In this document: positions 52,795 through 61,846 of the stretch, piece after piece
Position numbering within the stretch: position 1 is the first letter of the stretch
Layout: the number at the start of each line of letters is the position of its first letter
From: Myxococcota bacterium
GTDB taxonomy: Bacteria > Myxococcota > JACRCW01
Length of the DNA stretch: 64,000 nt
Direction: 5' to 3'
Assembly: GCA_040752415.1 (NCBI GenBank)
Contig: JBFMGU010000004.1
Coordinates: forward strand, 1 to 64,000
Position numbers and translations under genes: made by a program
The notes under the pieces: generated by a model
Told to the model about the DNA's origin: nothing
The model's database searches: none
What the model saw: the letters and a program-made list of their open reading frames with translations, nothing else

Positions 52795-53350
52795 GGTAGC
52801 CGCACGGCCGCGCGTGGGGGAGCTGGTCAGCGGCGACGTGGCCCATCACGCCACCGAGGGAGACCGGCACCTGCTCGCCGTGGTGGACGCGCTGGGGCAC
52901 GGCGCGGTGGCGCACGGCGTGGCGCAGCTGGCCGTGGCGTTCCTGCGCGGAGCGCGTGCGTCGCAGGGCGTGGAACAGATCGTGGAAGGGCTTCACCTGG
53001 CGCTGCGTCAGACGCGGGGCGCCGCGGCGGCGGTGTGCGTCCTTGAGGGGAACACGCTCTCGGGTTGCTCGGTGGGGAACGTGGCGCTTCGCGCGGAGCG
53101 CAGCCGGCTGGGCCTGGTGGCCACGCCGGGAGTGCTGGGCGTGCGGCTCCACCGTCCCCGCGTGTTTCAATCACGACTGGATGCGCCGGACCGCCTGTGC
53201 ATCTTCTCCGACGGAGTCAGCAGCAGGTTGGACCTCAAGCAGGTCTCCTCCCAACCGCTGCGGGGCGCGGCGCGCCGCATCCTGGAACAGTTTGGCCATC
53301 CCCACGACGACGCCACGGTTCTGTTGATGGATATTGGGGCAGACGCATGA
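52781..53350 (+). CDS. rsbX: RsbX-like PP2C/SpoIIE phosphatase
   Basis: GELVSGD, VDALGHG, TRGAA, VGNV, SDGV, DDATVL. Confidence 0.82.
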   Translation: MVASEVAARPRVGELVSGDVAHHATEGDRHLLAVVDALGHGAVAHGVAQLAVAFLRGARASQGVEQIVEGLHLALRQTRGAAAAVCVLEGNTLSGCSVGNVALRAERSRLGLVATPGVLGVRLHRPRVFQSRLDAPDRLCIFSDGVSSRLDLKQVSSQPLRGAARRILEQFGHPHDDATVLLMDIGADA

Positions 53351-53772
53351 ACATGAATGACGCGGTGGTCCCGGTCATCCGACTCTGGGGCTGCTTGCTG
53401 GTTCCCATCCAGGGAGAGCTCACCGACGACATGGCGGGCGTGCTGCAGGATCAGATCCTCCACGCCATCCATGCCCAATCCACGCGCGGGCTCATCCTGG
53501 ACCTCAGTGGCATTGGTGTGCTGGACAGCCACCTCTGCTCCGTCCTCGCGCGCGTGGCCGGCGCCGCGGCGCTCATGGGCGCGCCCACCGCCGTGTGCGG
53601 AATGCGCGCGGAGATGGCCCTCACCCTCAACTCCATGGGCATTGACATGCGCGGCATCACCAGCGCGCTGACCCTGGAGGAGGCGCTGCATCACTTTGGA
53701 ATCATCGCGCAGGACCAGCATGCCAACCGTCAGGACAAGCTCCTGGAGCTGTTGTTTGGAGGCGCAACGTGA
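53347..53772 (+). CDS. rsbS: RsbS-like STAS protein
   Basis: LLVPIQGELTD, LDLSGIGVLDS, ALMGA, GMRAEMALTL; ATGA overlap. Confidence 0.85.
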   Translation: MNMNDAVVPVIRLWGCLLVPIQGELTDDMAGVLQDQILHAIHAQSTRGLILDLSGIGVLDSHLCSVLARVAGAAALMGAPTAVCGMRAEMALTLNSMGIDMRGITSALTLEEALHHFGIIAQDQHANRQDKLLELLFGGAT

Positions 53773-54416
53773 CAACGCAGACCGTGGACGAGCAGTCCGC
53801 AACCATCACCATCGAGCGGCGTCGCCTGCAGCGGATCATGGAGGTGCTCAGCCACCTCTCCCTGCAGAACTTTGACTCCCAGCTCATCACCATCCCCATT
53901 GAGCATGACGACGTCTTTGCCGAGACCGAAGCCATCCTCAACATGCTCACGGAGGAGTTCGCGCAGGCCAAGCTCCAGAACCAGCAGCTCCTGGAGGAGC
54001 AGAAGAACGTCATCAGTCAACAGCGTGCCGCCATCAGTGAGCTGTCCACGCCCATCATCGAGATCTGGGACGACATCCTGACGCTGCCGGTGGTGGGGCT
54101 GGTGGACACGCAGCGCTCCGCGGAGATGACCGAGCGGCTGCTCACCGCGGTGCAGACCCAGCGTGCGCGTTGCGTGATCGTGGACCTCACCGGCGTGGAA
54201 GTGGTGGACACGGCCACGGCGGATCACCTGGTGCGGATGACCAAGAGCGCGCAGCTCCTCGGCGCCATGTGCGTGCTCACCGGCATTGGCCCCAGCATCG
54301 CCCGCACCCTCATCGAGCTGAACGTGGACCTCGGCGGCATCAAGGTCCTCCGCAGTCTCAAGGAAGGCCTCACCGAGTGCATCCAGTTCATTGCCAGCAA
54401 GCGCAAGCAGGTCTGA
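53769..54416 (+). CDS. rsbR: RsbR-like STAS protein with short N-terminal helical region
   Basis: ELSTPII, LPVVGLVDTQRS, VDLTGVEVVDT, LTGIGPSIARTL. Confidence 0.85.
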   Translation: MTTQTVDEQSATITIERRRLQRIMEVLSHLSLQNFDSQLITIPIEHDDVFAETEAILNMLTEEFAQAKLQNQQLLEEQKNVISQQRAAISELSTPIIEIWDDILTLPVVGLVDTQRSAEMTERLLTAVQTQRARCVIVDLTGVEVVDTATADHLVRMTKSAQLLGAMCVLTGIGPSIARTLIELNVDLGGIKVLRSLKEGLTECIQFIASKRKQV

Positions 54417-54437
54417 ACCCGCGAGAAAGGAGAACCC

Positions 54438-54857
54438 GTGGAAAAGCCCGTGGAAGAGCTCAGGTTTGGCAAGCACGTCCTGCAGTACTTCGGTCAGAAG
54501 ATCTTCGTGATCGCCTATGACGGCGACGTCAACGAGGCGGAGGCCAAGACGCTGATGGACTTCATCAACGCCCGCGACAAGGACCCCGTGGTGGGCTTCT
54601 ACGTCACGGAGATGTCGAAGATGGGGAAGTTCACGCCGGAAGCCCGCAAGGTGATTGGCAGCAGCAACAACCAGAGCCTCAAGGACCTCTACCTGTGCAT
54701 GGTCAACGCCAGCGTGGTCACCCGCGCGGCGCTGATGCTGGTGCTCACCGCCGCCCGACTCACCAGCAGCACCAACACGCACATGAAGAGCTTCAACAAC
54801 GTGGAAGATGCCCTCAACTACTGCCGTGCCACCGCCAAGGAGAAGGGCGTGGCCTGA
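54438..54857 (+). CDS. SpoIIAA-like (STAS/SEC14-type) protein
   Basis: Size and pattern (GDV, FTPEARK, FNNVEDALNY); AAAGGAGA RBS. Confidence 0.65.
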   Translation: MEKPVEELRFGKHVLQYFGQKIFVIAYDGDVNEAEAKTLMDFINARDKDPVVGFYVTEMSKMGKFTPEARKVIGSSNNQSLKDLYLCMVNASVVTRAALMLVLTAARLTSSTNTHMKSFNNVEDALNYCRATAKEKGVA

Positions 54858-54868
54858 GAGGCTCCGTC

Positions 54869-55303
54869 ATGAGCGCGTCCCTGCGCGTGCGTTTGTGTCA
54901 CCGGGAAGACGCCACCACCGCGGCCGTGGCCGCGCGGCGTTTCTCCCTGGCCGCCGGGTTGGACCGCCTGGCCAGCAACGAGGTGGCGCTGGCGGCCATG
55001 GAGCTGGCGGCCAACGCCGTGCGGCACGGCGGCGGTGGTGAGTTGGAGCTGTTGCAGGAGGGGAACGGCGTCACGGTGCGCGTCGTCGACGACGGACCCG
55101 GCATGCCTTCGCCGGAGACGCTGTTCACCCAGCAGCCGCGGGACCCCAACATGGTCTGGACGCCGGGCACCACGTTGGGCGCGGGCGGCGCGGCGGTGCG
55201 CAGGTTGATGGACAGTGTGGTGGCGGTGGCACGCGTGCAAGGTGGGTTGGAGGTGCGTGCCACCAAGCTCCTCGTGCGAGGCAACACCCATCACCGTTGC
55301 TGA
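54869..55303 (+). CDS. Second RsbT-like / anti-sigma GHKL kinase
   Basis: MELAANAVRHGGGG, DDGPG, LGAGGAAVRRLMD. Confidence 0.78.
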   Translation: MSASLRVRLCHREDATTAAVAARRFSLAAGLDRLASNEVALAAMELAANAVRHGGGGELELLQEGNGVTVRVVDDGPGMPSPETLFTQQPRDPNMVWTPGTTLGAGGAAVRRLMDSVVAVARVQGGLEVRATKLLVRGNTHHRC

Positions 55304-55324
55304 AGCGACGTTGCTCCCGCGCAC

Positions 55325-56038
55325 TCACGGCTCCACGCGGATCCGGACCTGGCGCTCCTGCGCCGCGTGGATGCGTCCACCCTTGCCAAAGGCGGGATCC
55401 AGCTCGCCAGCCGTCCGACGGGAAACGGTGATGGTGGCGTCGCAGCTCCGGGCGTTCTGCGTTGCCGACCCCGTGAGCGAACCGGAGGAGATGACCCATG
55501 ACCCGCTGTCGGTCTCGAGCCATTTGGCATACGGGACAAAGCACTCTCCTTCCGCCGTGACCAGCACCTGGTTTCCGCTGGTACCCGCGGGACGCCAACT
55601 CACGGCAATCGGCTCGGAGCCACGACGCACCACCACGTCCGCCGCCGGTGCCAGCAGGTCGAACACGTCTGGCAACGTACAGGTGCTTCGCGGCGCGCCG
55701 GACTTGTCCTTGCGCGTGAGCGAGAACACGAACTGCGATCCCAACGTGGTCTGGTTGTGCTCCGAGCTGTACCAGGCGCGCGGTCCCTCGAGCTGCGGCG
55801 ACATCCTTCTGGGTTGCGCCTCCGCGGCGGCCACCAGCATCGCGTCGTCGTTGGTCAGCTCCACGTAGCGCGGCGAATCCAGGTCGCCCTGCCGCAGCAC
55901 CACCTCCGCGCGCGTCGCCACGCCGTTGGATACCGCACGGATGTCCGCGCTCAGCTCCGCCAGGTCCACCTCCGCCGACGGCACCGGCTGACACGCCACC
56001 CACGCCGGTACCAACACCAGCTTCAGCATCCGCTTCAT
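55325..56038 (-). CDS. Hypothetical lipoprotein
   Basis: MKRMLK + hydrophobic stretch + VAC lipobox-like motif; C-terminal GELDPAFGKGG. Confidence 0.6.
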   Translation of the reverse strand: MKRMLKLVLVPAWVACQPVPSAEVDLAELSADIRAVSNGVATRAEVVLRQGDLDSPRYVELTNDDAMLVAAAEAQPRRMSPQLEGPRAWYSSEHNQTTLGSQFVFSLTRKDKSGAPRSTCTLPDVFDLLAPAADVVVRRGSEPIAVSWRPAGTSGNQVLVTAEGECFVPYAKWLETDSGSWVISSGSLTGSATQNARSCDATITVSRRTAGELDPAFGKGGRIHAAQERQVRIRVEP

Positions 56039-56115
56039 TCGCTTTCCAACCTCCTCAGCCATCTTGGAGCAGTGCGTGCATGCAGGCCGGTGGCTCAATG
56101 CACCACGGAGACCGG

Positions 56116-57399
56116 ATGAACCTCTGCTCCCTCGTCACCATCCTGTTGGCTGCAACCGTTGCACCCGCGGAAACCAACACCCAATCCACGCCAACCGTGA
56201 CCAGCAGCCCGGCTGCCGTCGTGGTGCCAGCGCTTCCAGTCCCAGAGCGTCCCCGCCTGGAATTCGGTGACGCGGGGTACCTGGAGCTCAGCGCGGTGAT
56301 GAACGCGTGGGTGGTTGGCTCGGGTCGCTGGACGTTCAGGTTGCGTCGCGCGGAGCTGTACGCGTCGGGCCGGGTGGTGAAGCACCTGGGTTTCAACCTG
56401 ATGCTGGACCCCGCCCGTGTGCTGGAGCTGGTCCCCACGTCGGTGCGCGTGCTCAACCAGGACCCGGGTGCGTCGGTGTTCTACCGCAGCGAGCGCGTGT
56501 TGGTGCTGCAACCGCCGGGCAAGGTCTCCATGCTGCAGGACATGGTGCTGGTCCTCACGGCCATTCCGTACATGAACCTCGCCATCGGGCAGGGACGCAT
56601 CCCCATGTCCAACGAGGCCACCACGTCGTCGCGGAACCTCTTGTTCGCGGAGCGTTGGGAGCTGGCGCGCGTCTTCAGTGATTGGCGCGACGTGGGCGCG
56701 TGGGCCAGCTACCGCTTCAAGTACCTGGCGTATCACGTGGGGCTCTACAACGGCGCCGGCGCCAACGCGTTGGATGACGACGTCAACAAGGACTTTGCCG
56801 CGCGGCTGGAGCTGCTGGTGCCGCTGGTGGGCCTGAAAGTGGGCACCTCGCTCCTGCGCACGCTGCCCGGTCACGACGCATGGATTGGTCAGCAGCAGCA
56901 CCGCTTGGGGCAGCTCATGGACGTCATGACGCGGGCCCCCGGTCCGGAGAGCGCGCAGCGCCTCAGACGTGCCGCCGTGGTCTGGCTGCCCGGCGACGAC
57001 CCGGGTGCGCGCACCGCGCTGGGAGCGGACATCACACTCGAGCTGGGGGGTGTGCGGGCAAGCGCGGAGGCGTACCAGTTGCGCCTGCTGACGCGGGAGT
57101 CGGTGCCGCAGGTCATCCTGCCGCGCGGTGCGGCGGTGAGCGTGGGCTACACGGTGGGCCGCCTGTTCGTTGCCGACTGGCAGCCCGCGTGGCGCCTGGA
57201 ATGGTACGACGCCGACTGGCTCTTTGAAGGGGATGAGCTCCTGCGCTCGACGGTGGGCTCGAACTTCATGTTCGCCGGCAACCACGCCAAGTTGCAGCTG
57301 AACTGGATGCATTCCATGACCGCATCCTTCAACGCGGATGGACAGCTCTTCCCCGTCAATGACGACGCATTCGTGGTGAGTGTGCAGGGCGCGCTCTGA
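56116..57399 (+). CDS. Outer-membrane porin, OprO/OprP-like
   Basis: Signal peptide; FRLRRAEL, LQD, GQGRIP, RDVG, GLYNG, KLQLN; alternating amphipathic strands. Confidence 0.72.
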   Translation: MNLCSLVTILLAATVAPAETNTQSTPTVTSSPAAVVVPALPVPERPRLEFGDAGYLELSAVMNAWVVGSGRWTFRLRRAELYASGRVVKHLGFNLMLDPARVLELVPTSVRVLNQDPGASVFYRSERVLVLQPPGKVSMLQDMVLVLTAIPYMNLAIGQGRIPMSNEATTSSRNLLFAERWELARVFSDWRDVGAWASYRFKYLAYHVGLYNGAGANALDDDVNKDFAARLELLVPLVGLKVGTSLLRTLPGHDAWIGQQQHRLGQLMDVMTRAPGPESAQRLRRAAVVWLPGDDPGARTALGADITLELGGVRASAEAYQLRLLTRESVPQVILPRGAAVSVGYTVGRLFVADWQPAWRLEWYDADWLFEGDELLRSTVGSNFMFAGNHAKLQLNWMHSMTASFNADGQLFPVNDDAFVVSVQGAL

Positions 57400-57405
57400 C
57401 ATGGC

Positions 57406-59574
57406 TCACCGGAGGCGCATGGGCTGCGGCCACGCCAGGTCGGTGGCGGCGTTGTTGGGACAGGGCGTCTCCAGGTACGTGCCGCGCGGGAGGACCACGC
57501 TGCGCATGCGGTCGATCTCGTCGAGAGACAGGGGCCGCGAGAGGTTGGGGACCGGGTGGCCCACCACCACCAGGGATTGCCCTTCGCGCGTCTGGACGGC
57601 GTCCAGCGGGTAGGTGGTGAAGTCGGTGGCCGGGTCGCAGGAGGGGTCCTCGTTCTGGATGTCGCACGCCTGCTGCAGGAAGCGCTGCGTTCCAAAACCA
57701 TAGGTCAAATCCAGGAGCACGTTGTTGACGGGATTCTCGGTGGTTTCCACGCTGTGGCACCGGTCGCAGGCCATGAACTGGCTGCGCCGTCGGGTGGTGT
57801 GCGGGTTGAAGGCCCGCTGACCGAAGCCCGGCATCACGCCTCCGTCGGGAAGCGGGAACTCCCGGGGCTTGGATGTGAACACCGCCTTCTTCACCAGCGC
57901 GCCCTGTTCGGCGGTCTTCTCCTCGTCGCGGACCAGCACAGTCATGAACAGGCGCTCGGACGGCATGCTTGGTGCCAGCTTCCCGTCGGTGTTCCACATC
58001 AGGACCAGGTCATTGAGCCCAACCCAGCGCCGGTTTCCCGACGGAGAGCCTGGCGTCTCCCGCCCCGTGGTCTGGACCCGCTTGGTGAGCGTCATGTCCA
58101 CCTCGACGTGACACCCGTAGCAGCTGGGCAGCCAGCCCGCGTGGCAGGTGTAGCACTCCAGCGTGTCGGTGTGGCTGTAGCCCTGCGCGTTGACGCCCAT
58201 GGCCAGCGCCGCCTCCTCGGTGTAGCGCGGATTTCCCGGCGTCACCGTGTCCCGGACCTGGGTCACCAGCAGCTCGGCGCCGGTCAGCTTGGCGCGCAGG
58301 TAGAGCTTTCCGTCGCGCCACTGGAGGTTGTCGTGCCCCGGGCCGGGCCGCGCATACTCACGCACGGTGCCGTGGCAATCCACGCACTCCGTCTTCACGG
58401 AGCACTGCGTGTCCGCGTAGAGATGCCCGTCGCTGTGGATCTCCTCCCGCGTGTGGCAGTCCACGCAGGTCATGCCCGCTTCCTGGTGCACGTCGGGTGG
58501 CGTCTCATCCCAGGCGTTCGTGGTGTCTTCATCCGTCAGGTAGTAGTTCGGGTCGTGGCCGTGGAGTGAGACGCCCAGCGCGTCGACGTCAGGCGGATTC
58601 AGGCCCGGACCGCTGGACTCCCGGTAGCCGTGGAAGCTCGGGCCAATGCGACCGCCGCGGTAATGACAGTGCATGCACGCCTCCGCCGGGATGGCGCTGG
58701 TGAGCTGGTGCTTGATGGGGTGCGGCGTGGTCTGCTTGGGGATGCGCGGGTCCGCGGATTGGCTGCGTCCGTCGTCGGCGTACGGCATGTGGCATGCGCT
58801 GCAACCGGAGGAGCGGAAGTCGCCGCGCATGCGGTTCTCCCCGAAGTCCCAGAGGTGGCAGCGGTTGCAGGACTTCACCAGGTACGTCTCCTGCGCGTTC
58901 TCCACGCTGAGGCGGGTGTCGGGATTGCGGGAGTCCTCCGTCATGGGCGCGGGGTCGAACATCTGCAGGAACGGCGTGGAGCAGGTGTTGGTGGATTCGT
59001 ACGTGGGGTCGTTCACCGTCACGCCCGCCACGTGGCCCACGGTGTCCTGCTGCACGCCGGCGCGGTAGCGCGCCACCGTCAGCTCACCCGAGGTGTGCGC
59101 CATGGTGGAACGCGGCACCAGCATGGCCTCCTCGACGTGGCACTGCCCGCAGGTCTGGTCCACCACGCGCAGGTCACCCGGATTGATGAACCGCAGGTAG
59201 GCCTTGTCGACGGCGTTGAGCTGGGTGACCGAGAGGTTCTTGATGTACTTGCGGCCTCCCTTGGGGCTCACGTGCGCCGCGTTCTTGTCGTAGATCCAGT
59301 TGCCGTCGCACTCCGGGCCGTAGGGCGTCATGGTCTTCACGCCGTCGCACACACGCGCGTTCCCGCCGTGGCAGTCCACGCAGTTGAGTGGATACCAGGG
59401 ATGTGCCTCCTCGATGCCACGGGGTGTCCCGCTCTCGTCGCGCGGTTGATGACAGACCAGGCAGTTGTCGCGGTGCACCACCACCTCTTCCACGCACGCG
59501 CACTTCAACAGGGGAATGAGACAGATGAACAGGAGCCCGGCGGGCTGGATGATTCGCTCAGGGGACATGGTCAT
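57406..59574 (-). CDS. Multiheme c-type cytochrome, 11 CxxCH motifs, probable lipoprotein
   Basis: CLVCH, CVDCH, CGQCH, CNRCH, CSACH, CMHCH, CVDCH, CVDCH, CYTCH, CYGCH, CDRCH; hydrophobic N-terminus ending CAC. Confidence 0.92.
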   Translation of the reverse strand: MTMSPERIIQPAGLLFICLIPLLKCACVEEVVVHRDNCLVCHQPRDESGTPRGIEEAHPWYPLNCVDCHGGNARVCDGVKTMTPYGPECDGNWIYDKNAAHVSPKGGRKYIKNLSVTQLNAVDKAYLRFINPGDLRVVDQTCGQCHVEEAMLVPRSTMAHTSGELTVARYRAGVQQDTVGHVAGVTVNDPTYESTNTCSTPFLQMFDPAPMTEDSRNPDTRLSVENAQETYLVKSCNRCHLWDFGENRMRGDFRSSGCSACHMPYADDGRSQSADPRIPKQTTPHPIKHQLTSAIPAEACMHCHYRGGRIGPSFHGYRESSGPGLNPPDVDALGVSLHGHDPNYYLTDEDTTNAWDETPPDVHQEAGMTCVDCHTREEIHSDGHLYADTQCSVKTECVDCHGTVREYARPGPGHDNLQWRDGKLYLRAKLTGAELLVTQVRDTVTPGNPRYTEEAALAMGVNAQGYSHTDTLECYTCHAGWLPSCYGCHVEVDMTLTKRVQTTGRETPGSPSGNRRWVGLNDLVLMWNTDGKLAPSMPSERLFMTVLVRDEEKTAEQGALVKKAVFTSKPREFPLPDGGVMPGFGQRAFNPHTTRRRSQFMACDRCHSVETTENPVNNVLLDLTYGFGTQRFLQQACDIQNEDPSCDPATDFTTYPLDAVQTREGQSLVVVGHPVPNLSRPLSLDEIDRMRSVVLPRGTYLETPCPNNAATDLAWPQPMRLR

Positions 59575-59578
59575 CACC

Positions 59579-60106
59579 TCACCCTCCCACCAGCTCAACG
59601 TGGACCGCCCGGCGTGCGGTGCGCGTGGAGTCGTCGGTGACGGTGCAGGTCAGCGTGGCCAGCTTGCCAAAGAGATCGTCAATGGGTTCGCTCTCCCGCG
59701 GCGGGGCGTGCAGCACCGGCACTGGGAACGTCTGCACCTCCATGAAGTTGTCGTCGGAGAGGGCAAACTCCTCGCGCGTCTCCGACTCTCCCAGCACCTC
59801 GCCCTCATCCGTCACGACGAGACAATGCACCGTGGCCGAGGCCGCCAGACCGCGCGTGCGGAGTGCCGGCATGGCCCAGGTCCCGCCTTGCGCGCCGTTG
59901 ACAATGGGCAGCGGGTCGTTGTCCAGCAGCGGACTGTAGAGCTGCTCGTGGTACATGCCGATCTCCACCATGGGGTCGCCGGTCACTGGCGTCTGGATCT
60001 CGTCGCCAAAGTTCACGTTGGGTGGATCCACCTCCACCACCAGCGGTCTGCAGGAAATGCACGCCAGCGCCGCCATGACCAGCGCGGCAGAAATGCGCAG
60101 TTTCAT
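59579..60106 (-). CDS. Hypothetical lipoprotein
   Basis: MKLRISAALVMAALACISC signal/lipobox; GAQGG motif; stop 4 nt before the cytochrome start. Confidence 0.7.
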   Translation of the reverse strand: MKLRISAALVMAALACISCRPLVVEVDPPNVNFGDEIQTPVTGDPMVEIGMYHEQLYSPLLDNDPLPIVNGAQGGTWAMPALRTRGLAASATVHCLVVTDEGEVLGESETREEFALSDDNFMEVQTFPVPVLHAPPRESEPIDDLFGKLATLTCTVTDDSTRTARRAVHVELVGG

Positions 60107-60171
60107 CACCTGTCCTTGCGTCACCGGAATTGATTGCGCGTTTTTCCGGTCCGCCGTTTCACGGGGTGCTC

Positions 60172-61101
60172 TCATGGGCGGGTCCTCCAACCCGTTTCCG
60201 CGCGCAGGCGAAGGGCCCAACGGTCCAGGAGGGGGGCGCTGGCATTGGCAACCAGGACCGCGAGCGCGGTGCCGTCGGGAAGGTGCGTGTGGAAACGGAT
60301 GAGCATGGCCAGGGTGGCTGCCAGCGACGTGCCCAGCACGCGGCCGAGCGGGGTGAAGGGCGCGGTCACGGGGTCCGTCATCAGGAAGAACGCGCCCATC
60401 AGCGTGCCGCCCACCACGACGTGACGGAGGGGATCGGTCCCCACCCACGAGGGATGGCCCGCCATGCGTGCGCCTGGTTCCAGCAGCGCGGCCATGGTCG
60501 CCGTGGTCAGCAGGTAGGTCAGGGGAATGCGCCAATCCGCCACGCGGCGCGCCACCAGGTAGCCGCCGCCGAGCACCACCGTCCACGGCGCCGCCTCGGC
60601 GAGGGTGCAGCTCCATCCGCCCCACAGCAGCTCCAAACTAGGCGCGGCGGTTGCGGGTCCGGGCTTGAACAACGGGCTGGCCTGGCTCACGCCGTCGACG
60701 AAGCGCGGCCCCCACGTGAACATCTCCGCGGGGAAGATGGCCATCAGCCACGCGCGGGAGAGCGCGGCGGGATTGAACAGGTTGTATCCCAGCCCACCAA
60801 ATGCCCACCGCCCCACGACGATGGCCACCGCTCCAGCGACGACGCCGAGCCACCACGGACCACCCGCGGGAAGCATCAACGCCGCCACGGTGGCCGTGAT
60901 CAGCACGCTTCCATCCGGTGTTGCACGTCGGGTCAGCAGGCCATTCACCAGGCACGCGGACACCCCCGTTGCCACCAACAGCAACAGCGCGGAGGAGCCA
61001 TGCCGCGCCACCGACGCAAGGCAGGTTGGAGCCAGTGCCAGCAACACGTCCTGCATGAGGTGTCGCGTGGTTGCTCCGCTGTGGAGGAAGGGCGCCTGCA
61101 T
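60172..61101 (-). CDS. rnfD: Rnf electron transport complex subunit D
   Basis: MQDVLLALAP, FGGLGYNLFNPA, DGVSQASPL, GAFFLMTDPVTAP; start overlaps the upstream stop (TGATG). Confidence 0.88.
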   Translation of the reverse strand: MQAPFLHSGATTRHLMQDVLLALAPTCLASVARHGSSALLLLVATGVSACLVNGLLTRRATPDGSVLITATVAALMLPAGGPWWLGVVAGAVAIVVGRWAFGGLGYNLFNPAALSRAWLMAIFPAEMFTWGPRFVDGVSQASPLFKPGPATAAPSLELLWGGWSCTLAEAAPWTVVLGGGYLVARRVADWRIPLTYLLTTATMAALLEPGARMAGHPSWVGTDPLRHVVVGGTLMGAFFLMTDPVTAPFTPLGRVLGTSLAATLAMLIRFHTHLPDGTALAVLVANASAPLLDRWALRLRAETGWRTRP

Positions 61102-61496
61102 CAGCTCAACGTCACCGGGAGGAATGCGAAGTAGAGCGTGGCGCACGCCAGGAGCCTGATGGGCGCGCCACGCAGGGGAAGAGGAACAGGCGCGCGCTCC
61201 AGCCGAGCGTCCACGCCCAGCAACAGCACGCCCACGACGACAAACAGCGCCGCAACACCCAGCGCTTCCGTCCACCCGCGCGGGCTGGCGGCGGCCAGCA
61301 TGAGTCCGCACGCAGCATGCGGTGGCGACACCACGGCGGCGAAGAGCGCGCCGACGGGAATTCGGCTCGGCGAGAACGATGAGAGGCGCCACGCGCAGTC
61401 CAGCAGCGGCACCGCCGCCACCAGCCACAGGCGACGTTCCCGGGGCAGGAACAGCGTGAGCGCGGCGGCGAGGAACGCAGCGTCGAACAGTGTCAT
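61101..61496 (-). CDS. rnfA: Shortened RnfA-like membrane subunit (131 aa)
   Basis: C-terminal GVDARLERAPVPLPLRGAPIRLLACATLYFAF resembles the RnfA C-terminus; GGAGG RBS and ATGA overlap; N-terminal half divergent. Confidence 0.62.
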   Translation of the reverse strand: MTLFDAAFLAAALTLFLPRERRLWLVAAVPLLDCAWRLSSFSPSRIPVGALFAAVVSPPHAACGLMLAAASPRGWTEALGVAALFVVVGVLLLGVDARLERAPVPLPLRGAPIRLLACATLYFAFLPVTLS

Positions 61497-61846
61497 GGCG
61501 TCCTCCGCAGCAACGTGGACAGCGCGGCCGCAACCACGAACGCCACTCCGCCGGTTCGCAACGAGGTTGGCATCCCCAACGTGAGCAGCGGCGCGACCAC
61601 CGCGACCATCACGGTAGCCCGCACGTCGTCGACGACAAGCGCGGCGCCCGCACTGGATGGCGCGGGGCAGCCGGTGAAGGTCTCCGCCATCCAGCCCACC
61701 GCCACGGCCCGCAACGGGACGGCCCTCACCAACACGGTGACGAGGAGGATGACCCCCGACCATGCCACCGCCTGCGCTACCGTCAGGTTGGCCATCAACG
61801 GGACCACCGCCGCCACGGCCCACGCGCCCGCCGCGCGCTCCTTCAC
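61493..61846 (-). CDS. Shortened RnfE-like membrane subunit (117 aa)
   Basis: Hydrophobic ORF in the rnfE position between rnfG and rnfA; GTGA/ATGA overlaps on both sides; weak similarity (VPLMA..., GGVAFVVAAAL). Confidence 0.45.
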   Translation of the reverse strand: MKERAAGAWAVAAVVPLMANLTVAQAVAWSGVILLVTVLVRAVPLRAVAVGWMAETFTGCPAPSSAGAALVVDDVRATVMVAVVAPLLTLGMPTSLRTGGVAFVVAAALSTLLRRTP

